A stretch of DNA of 64,000 nucleotides from Candidatus Omnitrophota bacterium (GCA_016206785.1 JACQQV010000008.1:4402-68401), one strand, 5' to 3'. Numbered from the stretch's first letter, positions 32,267 through 40,287 are shown. A program made the numbers and translations. Notes: generated from the letters alone by a model not told the origin.

Positions 32267-33502
32267 ATGCCGGTATACCGATACAAGGTGCGTGACGCCT
32301 CGGGACAGGCCATCACCGGCACTGTGGCGATGGAGTCTCCGGAGGCGACCGCACGGCATTTAGAGGAAAAGGGATATATCCCGATTTCCATCGAGGAGGA
32401 AGGGGCTGTCAGCACGATGCTGAAACCCTCTTCTTTCAGAACCCGCTTCGCCTCCGTCAAAGACAAAGATCTCAATTTCTTTACCCGTCAGATGGTGACA
32501 CTCACAAAAGCAGGGATTCCCCTCGTGGCGGGCCTTCAAACCCTCAGGGACCAAACCGCGAGTGGAACCCTGAAAGGGGTCATCGCCGCTGTGGTGAGCG
32601 ATCTTGAGAGAGGAGAAAGTTTCTCAAGCGCCCTTTCCCACCATCCCCGCGTCTTTTCGGAGCTTTATGTGGCGATGGTGAGGGCGGGGGAAGCGACGGG
32701 ACAGTTGGATGAAATCTTATTCCGTCTGGTAGAACTCGGGGAGTATGACACCTATGTAAAATCGAAGATCAAGACCGCCACCTTCTATCCTAAGCTCATC
32801 ATGAGTATCATGTTTCTCGCGTTTCTCTTCATCACCACTTTTGTTCTCCCCCGTTTCGCCTCCTTTTTTCAACAGGCGGGGGTGGAACTCTTATGGACGA
32901 CGAAATTTCTCCTCTGGTTAAACTTTGCGTTACGGAATTACTGGTATGCGGCGATCGCCATCGTCGGAATGTTTGTCTACGGATTCCGTTATTTTTTAAA
33001 GACGAAGGTTGGGAGGAGACTGTGGGACACGGTGAATCTGAAGATCCCCGTTTTCGGAACGCTCTTTCACCAATTTGCGATGTCTCGTTTCTCACGTGTC
33101 CTCTCCATTACGAGTAGGAGCGGCGTTCCCATTCTTGAATCCCTTGAAATCGTTTCCCGTTCTGTAGGAAATGTCACGATCTCCTCCGAGGTCTTGAGAC
33201 TTCGGGAATCGGTTCGTCGAGGGGAAGGTCTTGCGAAGCCCATGTCGGAAGGTAAGCTTTTTCCTCCCATTGTGATCCGGATGGTCTCTGTCGGCGAGGA
33301 GACGGGGAAGTTGGATGAACTCCTTTTGCGGGTTTCGGAATACTACGATTTTGAAGTGGACAATGCCATTCAAAAGCTGACCATCTTGATCGAGCCGATT
33401 CTCCTCGTTGTTCTCGGCGGTATGGTTCTCTTTCTCATCCTTTCCATTTTTGTGCCGCTCCTCCGGTTCTACACCAAGATTGCCGGAGGAGGGGGAAGAT
33501 AA
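32267..33502 (+). CDS. pilC: Type IV pilus / T2SS inner-membrane platform protein (PilC/GspF family).
   Basis: Two GspF repeats. 3 TM. ~410 aa. Immediately downstream of pilB. Confidence 0.9.
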   Translation: MPVYRYKVRDASGQAITGTVAMESPEATARHLEEKGYIPISIEEEGAVSTMLKPSSFRTRFASVKDKDLNFFTRQMVTLTKAGIPLVAGLQTLRDQTASGTLKGVIAAVVSDLERGESFSSALSHHPRVFSELYVAMVRAGEATGQLDEILFRLVELGEYDTYVKSKIKTATFYPKLIMSIMFLAFLFITTFVLPRFASFFQQAGVELLWTTKFLLWLNFALRNYWYAAIAIVGMFVYGFRYFLKTKVGRRLWDTVNLKIPVFGTLFHQFAMSRFSRVLSITSRSGVPILESLEIVSRSVGNVTISSEVLRLRESVRRGEGLAKPMSEGKLFPPIVIRMVSVGEETGKLDELLLRVSEYYDFEVDNAIQKLTILIEPILLVVLGGMVLFLILSIFVPLLRFYTKIAGGGGR

Positions 33503-33514
33503 AGGGGCTGACCC

Positions 33515-33543
33515 TTGACAAAAAACGGATCGTCAGGTATACT
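33515..33543 (+). promoter_or_regulatory. Consensus sigma70 promoter. TTGACA-N17-TATACT.
   Basis: TTGACA at 33515-33520, 17-nt spacer, TATACT at 33538-33543. It begins 12 nt after the pilC stop. Confidence 0.65.
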
Positions 33544-33550
33544 CTTCAGA

Positions 33551-33651
33551 AGACAAGATCCGAAAAAGGCACACCCGGGGAAACCCGGGGCCGCAAAGCT
33601 ATGGGTCTAAAGCCCCTGGGCATGACCGCCAAGCGTACCGAGGGTATGATC
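33551..33651 (+). ncRNA. Candidate c-di-GMP-I (GEMM-like) riboswitch aptamer / structured leader.
   Basis: GGCACA-CCCGGG-GAAA-CCCGGG-G-CCGCAAAGC at 33568-33599 mirrors the GEMM GGCAAA-P2-GNRA-P2-GACGCAAAGC core. A UCUAAAG...UAUGAUC tetraloop-receptor-like pair follows. See findings. Confidence 0.4.
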
Positions 33652-33686
33652 GCCAAGCTGCCGAAGGCAGGCTTGGCATTTTTTTT
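33652..33686 (+). terminator. Intrinsic terminator (expression platform of the leader).
   Basis: GCCAAGCUGCC-GAAG-GCAGGCUUGGC hairpin followed by an 8-U tract. Confidence 0.8.
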
Positions 33687-33746
33687 CGCCAGAAATTAAA
33701 GCATCTTAGAAAGTTTTGCATTTGGACATTTGCACAAAAATTTGGC

Positions 33747-33775
33747 TTGATTTTTCTACAACATTGTGTTAAAAT
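33747..33775 (+). promoter_or_regulatory. Proximal pilA promoter. TTGATT-N17-TGtTAAAAT (extended -10).
   Basis: TTGATT at 33747-33752, 17-nt spacer, TAAAAT at 33770-33775 preceded by TG. GGGAGG RBS before ATG 33804. Confidence 0.45.
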
Positions 33776-33803
33776 TAAAGATCGAAGAAGGGAGGTAGCG
33801 TTT

Positions 33804-34319
33804 ATGGAAAGAACAAAGAAACGGACTCATCGTGGGTTCACGTTGATTGAACTTGTCATCGTGATCACCATTCTAGCGATCTTGGCTGCTGTGGCTATTC
33901 CAGCCTTCCAGAACCTTACCACTCAGGCGAGGAACGCAGGAACCAATGGGGCGCTTGGGGGACTTCGGAGCGCACTCGCCGTCTATAGAGCGAACGCGAT
34001 TTCAGCGGGTTGCGATCCTGCTGGAACAACAGGATTAGCCGCAACCGACTGTTGGCCGAGACTTGTAGATATAACGTCGAATAGCGTGATGGAGAATAAC
34101 ATTGTTCCTGCGAACCCTTGGGCTGTTACAGCAGGGATGACCGCTGCGGAGTCCAGTGGTATCGAGGCTGCCACTTCGGCACAGGCGGCCGCCCGTACCG
34201 TCGATGGCACTGGTGCTGGATGGCGATACTATATTGCAGACAATGCGACTCCCAATGGGATCATCTACGCCAATAGCACTTCAAACGGTGGAGGGACAGC
34301 CACAGAGAATACTTTCTAA
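33804..34319 (+). CDS. pilA: Type IV major pilin (PilA-like).
   Basis: Class III signal MERTKKRTHRG|FTLIELVIVITILAILAAVAIPAF with Glu+5. Ala/Thr/Gly/Ser-rich C-terminal region. Two Cys. Confidence 0.85.
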   Translation: MERTKKRTHRGFTLIELVIVITILAILAAVAIPAFQNLTTQARNAGTNGALGGLRSALAVYRANAISAGCDPAGTTGLAATDCWPRLVDITSNSVMENNIVPANPWAVTAGMTAAESSGIEAATSAQAAARTVDGTGAGWRYYIADNATPNGIIYANSTSNGGGTATENTF

Positions 34320-34344
34320 CAGGATTCTATGTCGTTGCATGACA

Positions 34345-34380
34345 AAAGAGCTGGGGAGAAAACCCAGCTCTTTTATTTTT
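34345..34380 (+). terminator. Intrinsic terminator after pilA.
   Basis: AAGAGCUGGG-GAGAAAA-CCCAGCUCUU hairpin followed by UUAUUUUU. Confidence 0.8.
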
Positions 34381-34384
34381 CAGT

Positions 34385-36103
34385 TTGAAAGAGAGCCGCT
34401 TCATTAAAACCCCCTTCATCTTTTTTCTGCTTTTACTCGGGACCATCCTCTACTGGAATAGTCTTCAAACCCCTTTTATGTGGGATGAGAATTTCCTCAT
34501 CATCAAAGATCCGAGGGTGCATGCGTGGTCTCGATTTCTGGACATCTTTCGAGAACCCTTTCAAAGTAGAGAATCCGGCTTTTCAACATACCACCGTCCC
34601 TTCGTCACCCTCTCCTTCCGCATCGACCATCTCTTTTGGAAGCTGAATCCCCTCGGATACCATCTTACCAATCTGTTATTTCATCTTTCAAACACCCTTT
34701 TGGTCTACCTGTTATTCAGACGCCTGTTCCAGAGACCGTCTCTTTCTTTCTGGGGGGCCTTTCTCTTTTTGGCCCATCCGGCCCATGTGGAAGCGGTCAC
34801 CTATATTCCGGGACGGGTCGATCTCATCTCCTTTTTCTTTTTTCTTTGCAGTTTCCACTTTTACCTGAAAGGGAAAGCGCTCGAACAAACAGTTTGGTCT
34901 TATGCGTTATCCCTCCTTTTTTACCTTTTTGCGCTCCTCTCAAAAGAGATGGCGGCCTCTCTTCCACTTCTTGTTTTTTCCTATACACTTTTCGTGGATT
35001 TGAAAAAGACAAAACATAAAGATGCTGAACGAATTCTTTTGTTGGGATTCTTTCTTCTTTTGATCGCCTGGCTCCTTTTTCGTCAGTGGATTGTGATTCA
35101 AGTTCCATTGAAGACTCTCTTGGATCTTCCCCATCTTTTAAGAAGAGTCCTTGTGCTCCCGGTCGTGTTGTGGGCCTATCTCAACATTTGGTTTTTCCCC
35201 TGGCCTCTCTATATGGATCGGATGATTCCGATCATTCCTCTTGGGTTCCTTCCCTATCTTGTGGCATGGATTTTTCTTTTCCTTTGCGTGATCGGAATCT
35301 TTCTTTCTCTGCATCGGCCCCTCGAGAGATTTTGGCTTCTTTGGATCGGCTGGACGCTGCTTCCCGTGATTCACATCGTTCCGATCTACCTCAAATACCC
35401 CGACTCTCTTTTTATTGCAGAGCATTTTCTCTATTTCTCAAGTGTCGGAATCATCGGACTCCTCTTGTGCCGCTTCGGTCATTTCCTGGTTGCACAAAAC
35501 GGACACGAGGACCTCCCACCGAAAGGAGTTCTGGTATGGGGAGTCCTCTTAACTTGTTTCTCGTTTCTGGTGATCTGGAGGAATGGGGAATTTAGAGACC
35601 GCATTATCTTTTTTGAACAGACCGTCCGACATGCGCCCTGGGACAGCCGTGCCCATAATCAGCTGGGTCTTGCGTATCTTGAAAGAGGAAACTTGGAGAA
35701 GGCTGGGAAGTTATTTCGAAGGTCTGTCTCCTTAGCTCCCAACCCGAGTCCCTATGGGAACCTTGGAATTCTTGCGCAACAACAAGGGAAGATCGAGGAA
35801 GCGATTCAGTATCATCAAAAGGCGCTTGATCTGCTTCCAGGATATAGCGTCGCTCTTTTTAACCTTGGGAATCTGTACGCCCATCAGAAAGAATGGGATA
35901 AGGCGATTCAATTTTATGAGAATGCGGTAGAGAGCGATCCAGATCTCCTACAGAGTTACATAGAGGTAAGCCGCCTTTACTGGAAATTGGGGAAAATAAA
36001 AGAGGCACTTGGCGCAGTCCATCAGGGACTCCAAAAAGATCCTTCAGATCCCCATCTTCAGAGAATCAAAAGGTGGATCGAGGATGGGCCTTCTAACCCA
36101 TAG
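34385..36103 (+). CDS. TMTC-like (DUF1736 + TPR) GT-C family membrane protein, putative protein O-glycosyltransferase.
   Basis: WDENFLIIKDP, YHRPFVTLSF and NPLGYHLTNLLFH motifs typical of the DUF1736/TMTC family. ~11 TM. C-terminal TPRs. The TTG start sits in the terminator U-tract, so the start is uncertain. Confidence 0.6.
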   Translation: MKESRFIKTPFIFFLLLLGTILYWNSLQTPFMWDENFLIIKDPRVHAWSRFLDIFREPFQSRESGFSTYHRPFVTLSFRIDHLFWKLNPLGYHLTNLLFHLSNTLLVYLLFRRLFQRPSLSFWGAFLFLAHPAHVEAVTYIPGRVDLISFFFFLCSFHFYLKGKALEQTVWSYALSLLFYLFALLSKEMAASLPLLVFSYTLFVDLKKTKHKDAERILLLGFFLLLIAWLLFRQWIVIQVPLKTLLDLPHLLRRVLVLPVVLWAYLNIWFFPWPLYMDRMIPIIPLGFLPYLVAWIFLFLCVIGIFLSLHRPLERFWLLWIGWTLLPVIHIVPIYLKYPDSLFIAEHFLYFSSVGIIGLLLCRFGHFLVAQNGHEDLPPKGVLVWGVLLTCFSFLVIWRNGEFRDRIIFFEQTVRHAPWDSRAHNQLGLAYLERGNLEKAGKLFRRSVSLAPNPSPYGNLGILAQQQGKIEEAIQYHQKALDLLPGYSVALFNLGNLYAHQKEWDKAIQFYENAVESDPDLLQSYIEVSRLYWKLGKIKEALGAVHQGLQKDPSDPHLQRIKRWIEDGPSNP

Positions 36104-36122
36104 CACTTATAACGATAAATTC

Positions 36123-36151
36123 TTGCAAAAATTTTTGGACCGTGCTATAAT
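36123..36151 (+). promoter_or_regulatory. Sigma70 promoter. TTGCAA-N17-TGcTATAAT.
   Basis: TTGCAA at 36123-36128, 17-nt spacer, TATAAT at 36146-36151 with extended TG. Confidence 0.6.
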
Positions 36152-36182
36152 CCTTTACCATAAAAAGGGTTAATCTCAAACG

Positions 36183-37868
36183 ATGGGGGTGAAACCGACA
36201 AAAAAAAGGGTAGGACGGAAGACTGAACTTTTTTGGCTCAATACCCTCTATGAAATCGTTCGAGATGTCAATTCAACCTTAGGCCTCAAAAGCACCTTAA
36301 AGACGATTGTTGAAAAGGCAAAGACACTCCTTAAAGTCGAACGGGCTTCTCTCATGCTTCTCGATAAGAAAGGGAAGACGCTCACCATCCATTTTGCGGA
36401 GGGCCTCTCCCCCTTGATTCTCCGCAATACGCGCATCAGGATCGGCGAAGGCGTTTCCGGATGGGTGGCTCAAAAGGGGAAGCCGCTTCTCATCCAAGAC
36501 ATTAGCAAAGACCGGCGCTTCAAGAAAAAAGAAGGGGCCCGCTACTCCACCGATTCCCTCCTTTCGGTTCCCCTCAAGGTCAAAGGAAAAACAATCGGCG
36601 TTTTAAATGTCAACAATAAAAGAGGAAGGAAGATTTTTACCCACGACGACCTGGAACTTTTAACCGCCCTTGCCGATGAAGCGGCGATCGCCATCCACAA
36701 TGCAACGCTTTATGATGAACTGGTCCAGGTGAATGAGCGTCTCAAGGAACTCGATAAACTGAAATCCGATTTTGTGGCGAAGGTCTCCCATGAACTTCGA
36801 ACCCCTCTTGCCACAACCCGTTACTTTATTACCGCGGTGCGGGGGGAGACCCAGAACACAGGCGCAACCCGCCAGAAAGAATACCTGGGCCTCATCGAAG
36901 ACAACCTTGACCGACTCACGCGGCTCATTGATAATCTCCTCGATTTTTCCAAGATGGAGGTGGGACGGTTTGAACTGAAGAAGGAGCGCGTCGATCTTTT
37001 ATCGATTGCGCGGTCGGCGATCGAAACCCTCCGAAGAAAAGGAGAGGAAAAGGAGATCGCCTTGGTGCTCTTAAGTCCAGGAAAAGTTCCTCCCACCTAT
37101 TTGGATCAGGACCGGATGACCCAAGTAGTCACGAATCTCGTCGACAATGCGATCAAGTATACCCCTTCAAAGGGGTCTGTTTCGGTTGAGATCAAAAGGG
37201 GGAACGGGAATATTCTCCTCACTGTTCGAGATACCGGGGTCGGGATCCGTTCGTCCGATCAGGAAAGGCTTTTCGAAAAGTTCCGGCAGCTCGGACCGAG
37301 CATCCCCCACGAAAAAGGGGTAGGGTTGGGGCTCGCCATTGTGAAAGAGATTGTAATACTTCACAAAGGAAAGATCTGGGTAAAATCGCAGGAAGGGAAG
37401 GGGAGCACATTCACCATCTCCCTTCCGGTTTTAAGCGACGAAGAATTTTTTATGGAGAGGTTGTCGCAGGAAATTCAGAAGGCGCGTGAAAACGGGGATT
37501 TCCTCTCCCTCGTGATTTTAGGAATTGCAAATTTCGAGCATCTTAAAGAAAATATCGGAGAAGAAGGGATGGAATCCCTTTTGGATGAGATCGCCCGCCT
37601 GGTGAAGGAAACGGTCCGCCGACCGAGCGACATCGTCGCCAGTTACAAGCAGGGGAAGGTGATCGCCATTTTAGCGGGTGCCGATAAGGCGGGGGCACTC
37701 GCGCTTGCAGAACGTGTGAAAAAGACGATCCTTTCTCAGCCTTTTCCGATCAAGGGTTCCCCGGTTTCACCGGAACTTCAGTTCGGGATCGGGACCTTTC
37801 CGGAGGATGGAGGAAGCCAAGAAGAATTGGTGAAGCAGGCAGAAAAAAGTTTATACGGTCATTCCTAA
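36183..37868 (+). CDS. GAF-sensor histidine kinase with a C-terminal degenerate GGDEF domain (RxxD I-site retained).
   Basis: GAF (LLKVERASLMLLD...GEGVSGWV). HisKA H-box (SHELRTPL). HATPase_c (NLVDNAIKYT...GVGLGL). C-terminal GGDEF fold with A-site SYKQGK in place of GG(D/E)EF, preceded by RPSD (RxxD). Confidence 0.7.
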   Translation: MGVKPTKKRVGRKTELFWLNTLYEIVRDVNSTLGLKSTLKTIVEKAKTLLKVERASLMLLDKKGKTLTIHFAEGLSPLILRNTRIRIGEGVSGWVAQKGKPLLIQDISKDRRFKKKEGARYSTDSLLSVPLKVKGKTIGVLNVNNKRGRKIFTHDDLELLTALADEAAIAIHNATLYDELVQVNERLKELDKLKSDFVAKVSHELRTPLATTRYFITAVRGETQNTGATRQKEYLGLIEDNLDRLTRLIDNLLDFSKMEVGRFELKKERVDLLSIARSAIETLRRKGEEKEIALVLLSPGKVPPTYLDQDRMTQVVTNLVDNAIKYTPSKGSVSVEIKRGNGNILLTVRDTGVGIRSSDQERLFEKFRQLGPSIPHEKGVGLGLAIVKEIVILHKGKIWVKSQEGKGSTFTISLPVLSDEEFFMERLSQEIQKARENGDFLSLVILGIANFEHLKENIGEEGMESLLDEIARLVKETVRRPSDIVASYKQGKVIAILAGADKAGALALAERVKKTILSQPFPIKGSPVSPELQFGIGTFPEDGGSQEELVKQAEKSLYGHS

Positions 37869-38261
37869 ATGGGACAGAAAAGAATCCTTGTCGTCGAAGA
37901 TGAAGCAGATTTTTCAAAAGCCCTGAGGGCAGTGCTTGAGGGCCAGGGTTTCGAGGTCCATACAGCCGCCACAGGCAAGGAAGGGCTTTTCCTTGCCAAA
38001 AGCATTACGCCAGACCTCATCATTCTCGATGTGATGCTTCCTGAAATTGACGGCTACAAGGTCTGCCGTCTCCTTAAGTTCGACGAACGCTACAACAAAA
38101 TTCCGATCATCATGCTGACCGCCCGTGCCCAAGAGGAAGACAAGAACCTGGGGCAACAAACCGGTGCAGATGCCTACCTGGTCAAAGGTCAAAAGCCTGA
38201 AGTGCTGATCGAGCAGATCAAAGCGATTCTTGCAAAAGGTCCTTCTCTCCCGCCCGCTTAA
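37869..38261 (+). CDS. Stand-alone response-regulator receiver (CheY-like).
   Basis: ILVVEDEADF...ILDVMLPEIDG...IIMLTA...DAYLVK receiver motifs. 130 aa. No output domain. Confidence 0.8.
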   Translation: MGQKRILVVEDEADFSKALRAVLEGQGFEVHTAATGKEGLFLAKSITPDLIILDVMLPEIDGYKVCRLLKFDERYNKIPIIMLTARAQEEDKNLGQQTGADAYLVKGQKPEVLIEQIKAILAKGPSLPPA

Positions 38262-38287
38262 TCTTCTTAAATCTTTTTATCACCTAT

Positions 38288-38315
38288 TGACTTTTTAAAA
38301 CTCTCATGATATACT
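38288..38315 (+). promoter_or_regulatory. Sigma70 promoter. TTGACT-N16-TGaTATACT.
   Basis: TTGACT at 38288-38293, TATACT at 38310-38315. Confidence 0.6.
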
Positions 38316-38338
38316 TTTAACAGATATTTAGAAAGTTC

Positions 38339-38373
38339 ACCCCGTTAGAAAGGGTGTAACTTTCTAACGGGGT
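38339..38373. repeat. 14-bp perfect inverted repeat ACCCCGTTAGAAAG-N7-CTTTCTAACGGGGT (copy 1 of 3).
   Basis: Arms at 38339-38352 and 38360-38373. Lies in the 5' UTR immediately before the AAAGGAG RBS of the HTH gene. Confidence 0.85.
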
Positions 38374-38384
38374 AAAGGAGCCGG

Positions 38385-38609
38385 ATGAAACAGGTCGCTT
38401 TTGCAAGGTCGAATTCCCAACTCATGACGGTCGAGGAGGTTGCCCGTTATCTTGGAATTCATGCCATCACCGTTTATCGGATGCTCAAGAAAACAGACAT
38501 CCCTGCCACCAAACTGTTAGGGAAGTGGCGTTTTAAGAAGGATGTCCTGGACCGCTGGCTCGAATCCCGGATGGAGGAAAGATCTCTTCCCCTCAAACGG
38601 AGAAGGTGA
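38385..38609 (+). CDS. Excisionase-family helix-turn-helix DNA-binding protein (HTH_17-like).
   Basis: MTVEEVARYLGIHAITVYRMLKKTDIPATKLLGKWRFKKDVLDRWLE matches the excisionase-family HTH domain. 74 aa. The stop is 4 nt before the pilB2 start. Confidence 0.65.
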   Translation: MKQVAFARSNSQLMTVEEVARYLGIHAITVYRMLKKTDIPATKLLGKWRFKKDVLDRWLESRMEERSLPLKRRR

Positions 38610-38613
38610 AGCG

Positions 38614-40287
38614 ATGCCGAGGCAGAAGAATCTATCTTTAGAAGAGGTGATCCTGGCCAAGGGACTGTTGGATCCTGAACGGCTGGAAAGGGCCAAAAAA
38701 GAATCAGAAAACTCGAAGGAATCTCTTCAGAAAACTTTGATCCGGCTGGGATATCTTACAGAAGAATTACTCATTCCTCTTTTGGAGGAACGGTCCGGCC
38801 TTCCCTACGTGGATCTCGATACCTACACGATGGACCCCGAACTCATTAAGCTCATTCCGGAGGCGGTTGCGCGCCGGTATCAACTGATCCCTCTTTTTAA
38901 GATCGGAAAGATCCTCACGGTGGCGATGGCAGATCCCTCCAACTATTTTGCCCTCGATGAAATACGCCTTAAGGCCCATTGCGATGTGGAGGCGGTCGTG
39001 AGTACCGAAGAGAAGATCCGACAGGCGATCGACCAACACTATGGTACTGGTGGTTCCATGGAAGCATTGGTGAAGTCGATTACCCAGCGGACGATGGATC
39101 TGGGGGATGAAAAATTGGTAGAAGAAGCCCCCATTATCCAACTCGTCAACCTCCTCATTTCCCAAGCGGTCCGGGAAAGGGCGAGCGATATCCATATTGA
39201 GCCGGAGACAGACACATTGCGCATCCGCCTTCGGATTGATGGCGTTCTTCATGAAATTCCTGCTCCCCCGAAGGAATTGGAACGGGCGGTGATCTCCCGG
39301 ATCAAGGTCCTTTCAAAGATGGACATCGCAGAAAGAAGAATTCCTCAGGATGGACGTTTCAGGGTGCAGGTCGATCACAAAGAGATTGATCTGCGCGTTT
39401 CAACGATTCCAAGCCATCATGGAGAGAATGTGGTCATGAGGCTTCTGGATACAGCGACCGTCTTGATCGGCCTCGAGGAACTCGGTCTTCCGCATGATGC
39501 CTTTGAACCCTTTCATCATCTGATCCACCGGCCGCATGGCATCATTCTTGTGACAGGTCCCACAGGAAGCGGGAAGACAACGACACTTTATGCGTGTCTC
39601 AATAAAATCAGCACCCTTGAAAAAAATATCATCACGATTGAAGATCCGATCGAATATGAAATGGAAGTCATCCGCCAAATGCAGGTCAATCCCAAGATCG
39701 GCGTTACCTTTGCAAACGGCCTCCGCTCCATCTTAAGGCAAGACCCAGACATCATCATGGTCGGCGAGATCCGTGATGTAGAGACTGCAGAGATGGCGAT
39801 TCACGCGGCCCTCACAGGACATCTTGTTTTCTCAACCCTTCATACCAACGATGCCCCGGGGGCGCTTACCCGTCTTATGGACATGGGTGTTGAGCCATTC
39901 CTTATCGCCTCTTCTGTGATCGGGATCGTGGCCCAGCGGCTCGTCCGACTCATCTGCCCGCAATGCAAAAAATCGTATGTCCCTTCCCAAGAACTTTTGA
40001 AGACATTAAGGCTTCCTCTCGGGAAGGGCCCCATTCCCCCTCTGTATCGGGGAGAAGGATGCCGTTTCTGCAAGGAGACAGGATACAAAGGAAGGACCGC
40101 GATTTTTGAACTGATGGTCATGGAGGAGGAAATCCGGGAACTGGTGATTCAGAGAGCCTCTTCGCCAAAAATGAAGGATGCGGCCTGTCGGAAGGGCATG
40201 CAGGTTTTGAGGGAGGATGGCCTGGCCAAGGCGATGGCAGGAATTACTTCGATTGAAGAAGTGCTTCGTGTGACGCAGGACGAGTAA
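38614..40287 (+). CDS. gspE: Second PilB/GspE-family secretion ATPase.
   Basis: Walker A GPTGSGKTTT. Asp and His boxes. CPQC...CRFC Zn motif. N-terminal GSPII_E_N-like domain. The track start at 38542 overlaps the HTH gene, so the start is ATG 38614. Confidence 0.9.
   Translation: MPRQKNLSLEEVILAKGLLDPERLERAKKESENSKESLQKTLIRLGYLTEELLIPLLEERSGLPYVDLDTYTMDPELIKLIPEAVARRYQLIPLFKIGKILTVAMADPSNYFALDEIRLKAHCDVEAVVSTEEKIRQAIDQHYGTGGSMEALVKSITQRTMDLGDEKLVEEAPIIQLVNLLISQAVRERASDIHIEPETDTLRIRLRIDGVLHEIPAPPKELERAVISRIKVLSKMDIAERRIPQDGRFRVQVDHKEIDLRVSTIPSHHGENVVMRLLDTATVLIGLEELGLPHDAFEPFHHLIHRPHGIILVTGPTGSGKTTTLYACLNKISTLEKNIITIEDPIEYEMEVIRQMQVNPKIGVTFANGLRSILRQDPDIIMVGEIRDVETAEMAIHAALTGHLVFSTLHTNDAPGALTRLMDMGVEPFLIASSVIGIVAQRLVRLICPQCKKSYVPSQELLKTLRLPLGKGPIPPLYRGEGCRFCKETGYKGRTAIFELMVMEEEIRELVIQRASSPKMKDAACRKGMQVLREDGLAKAMAGITSIEEVLRVTQDE

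Noticed and set aside
33601-33699. Small ORF MGLKPLGMTAKRTEGMIAKLPKAGLAFFFARN within the leader, as a leader peptide or small protein.
   Set aside because: No Shine-Dalgarno upstream. The ORF runs through the terminator hairpin and U-tract. The sequence is better explained as structured RNA. It is kept only as an alternative in the finding.
33716-33746. TTTGCA-TTTGG direct repeats (TTGCATTTGGAC / TTGCACAAAAATTTGGC) upstream of pilA as a regulator binding site.
   Set aside because: Only two imperfect copies, AT-rich, and overlapping the predicted proximal -35 region. There is insufficient evidence to call an operator.
33700-33800. Sigma54 (-24 GG / -12 GC) promoter upstream of pilA, as in PilR-dependent pilin genes.
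   Set aside because: TGGAC...TTTGCA and TGGCTT...TTTTCT candidates have the wrong GG-to-GC spacing (7 or no GC at -12). A sigma70-like TTGATT-N17-TGtTAAAAT fits instead. No sigma54 activator (AAA+ domain) is encoded nearby.
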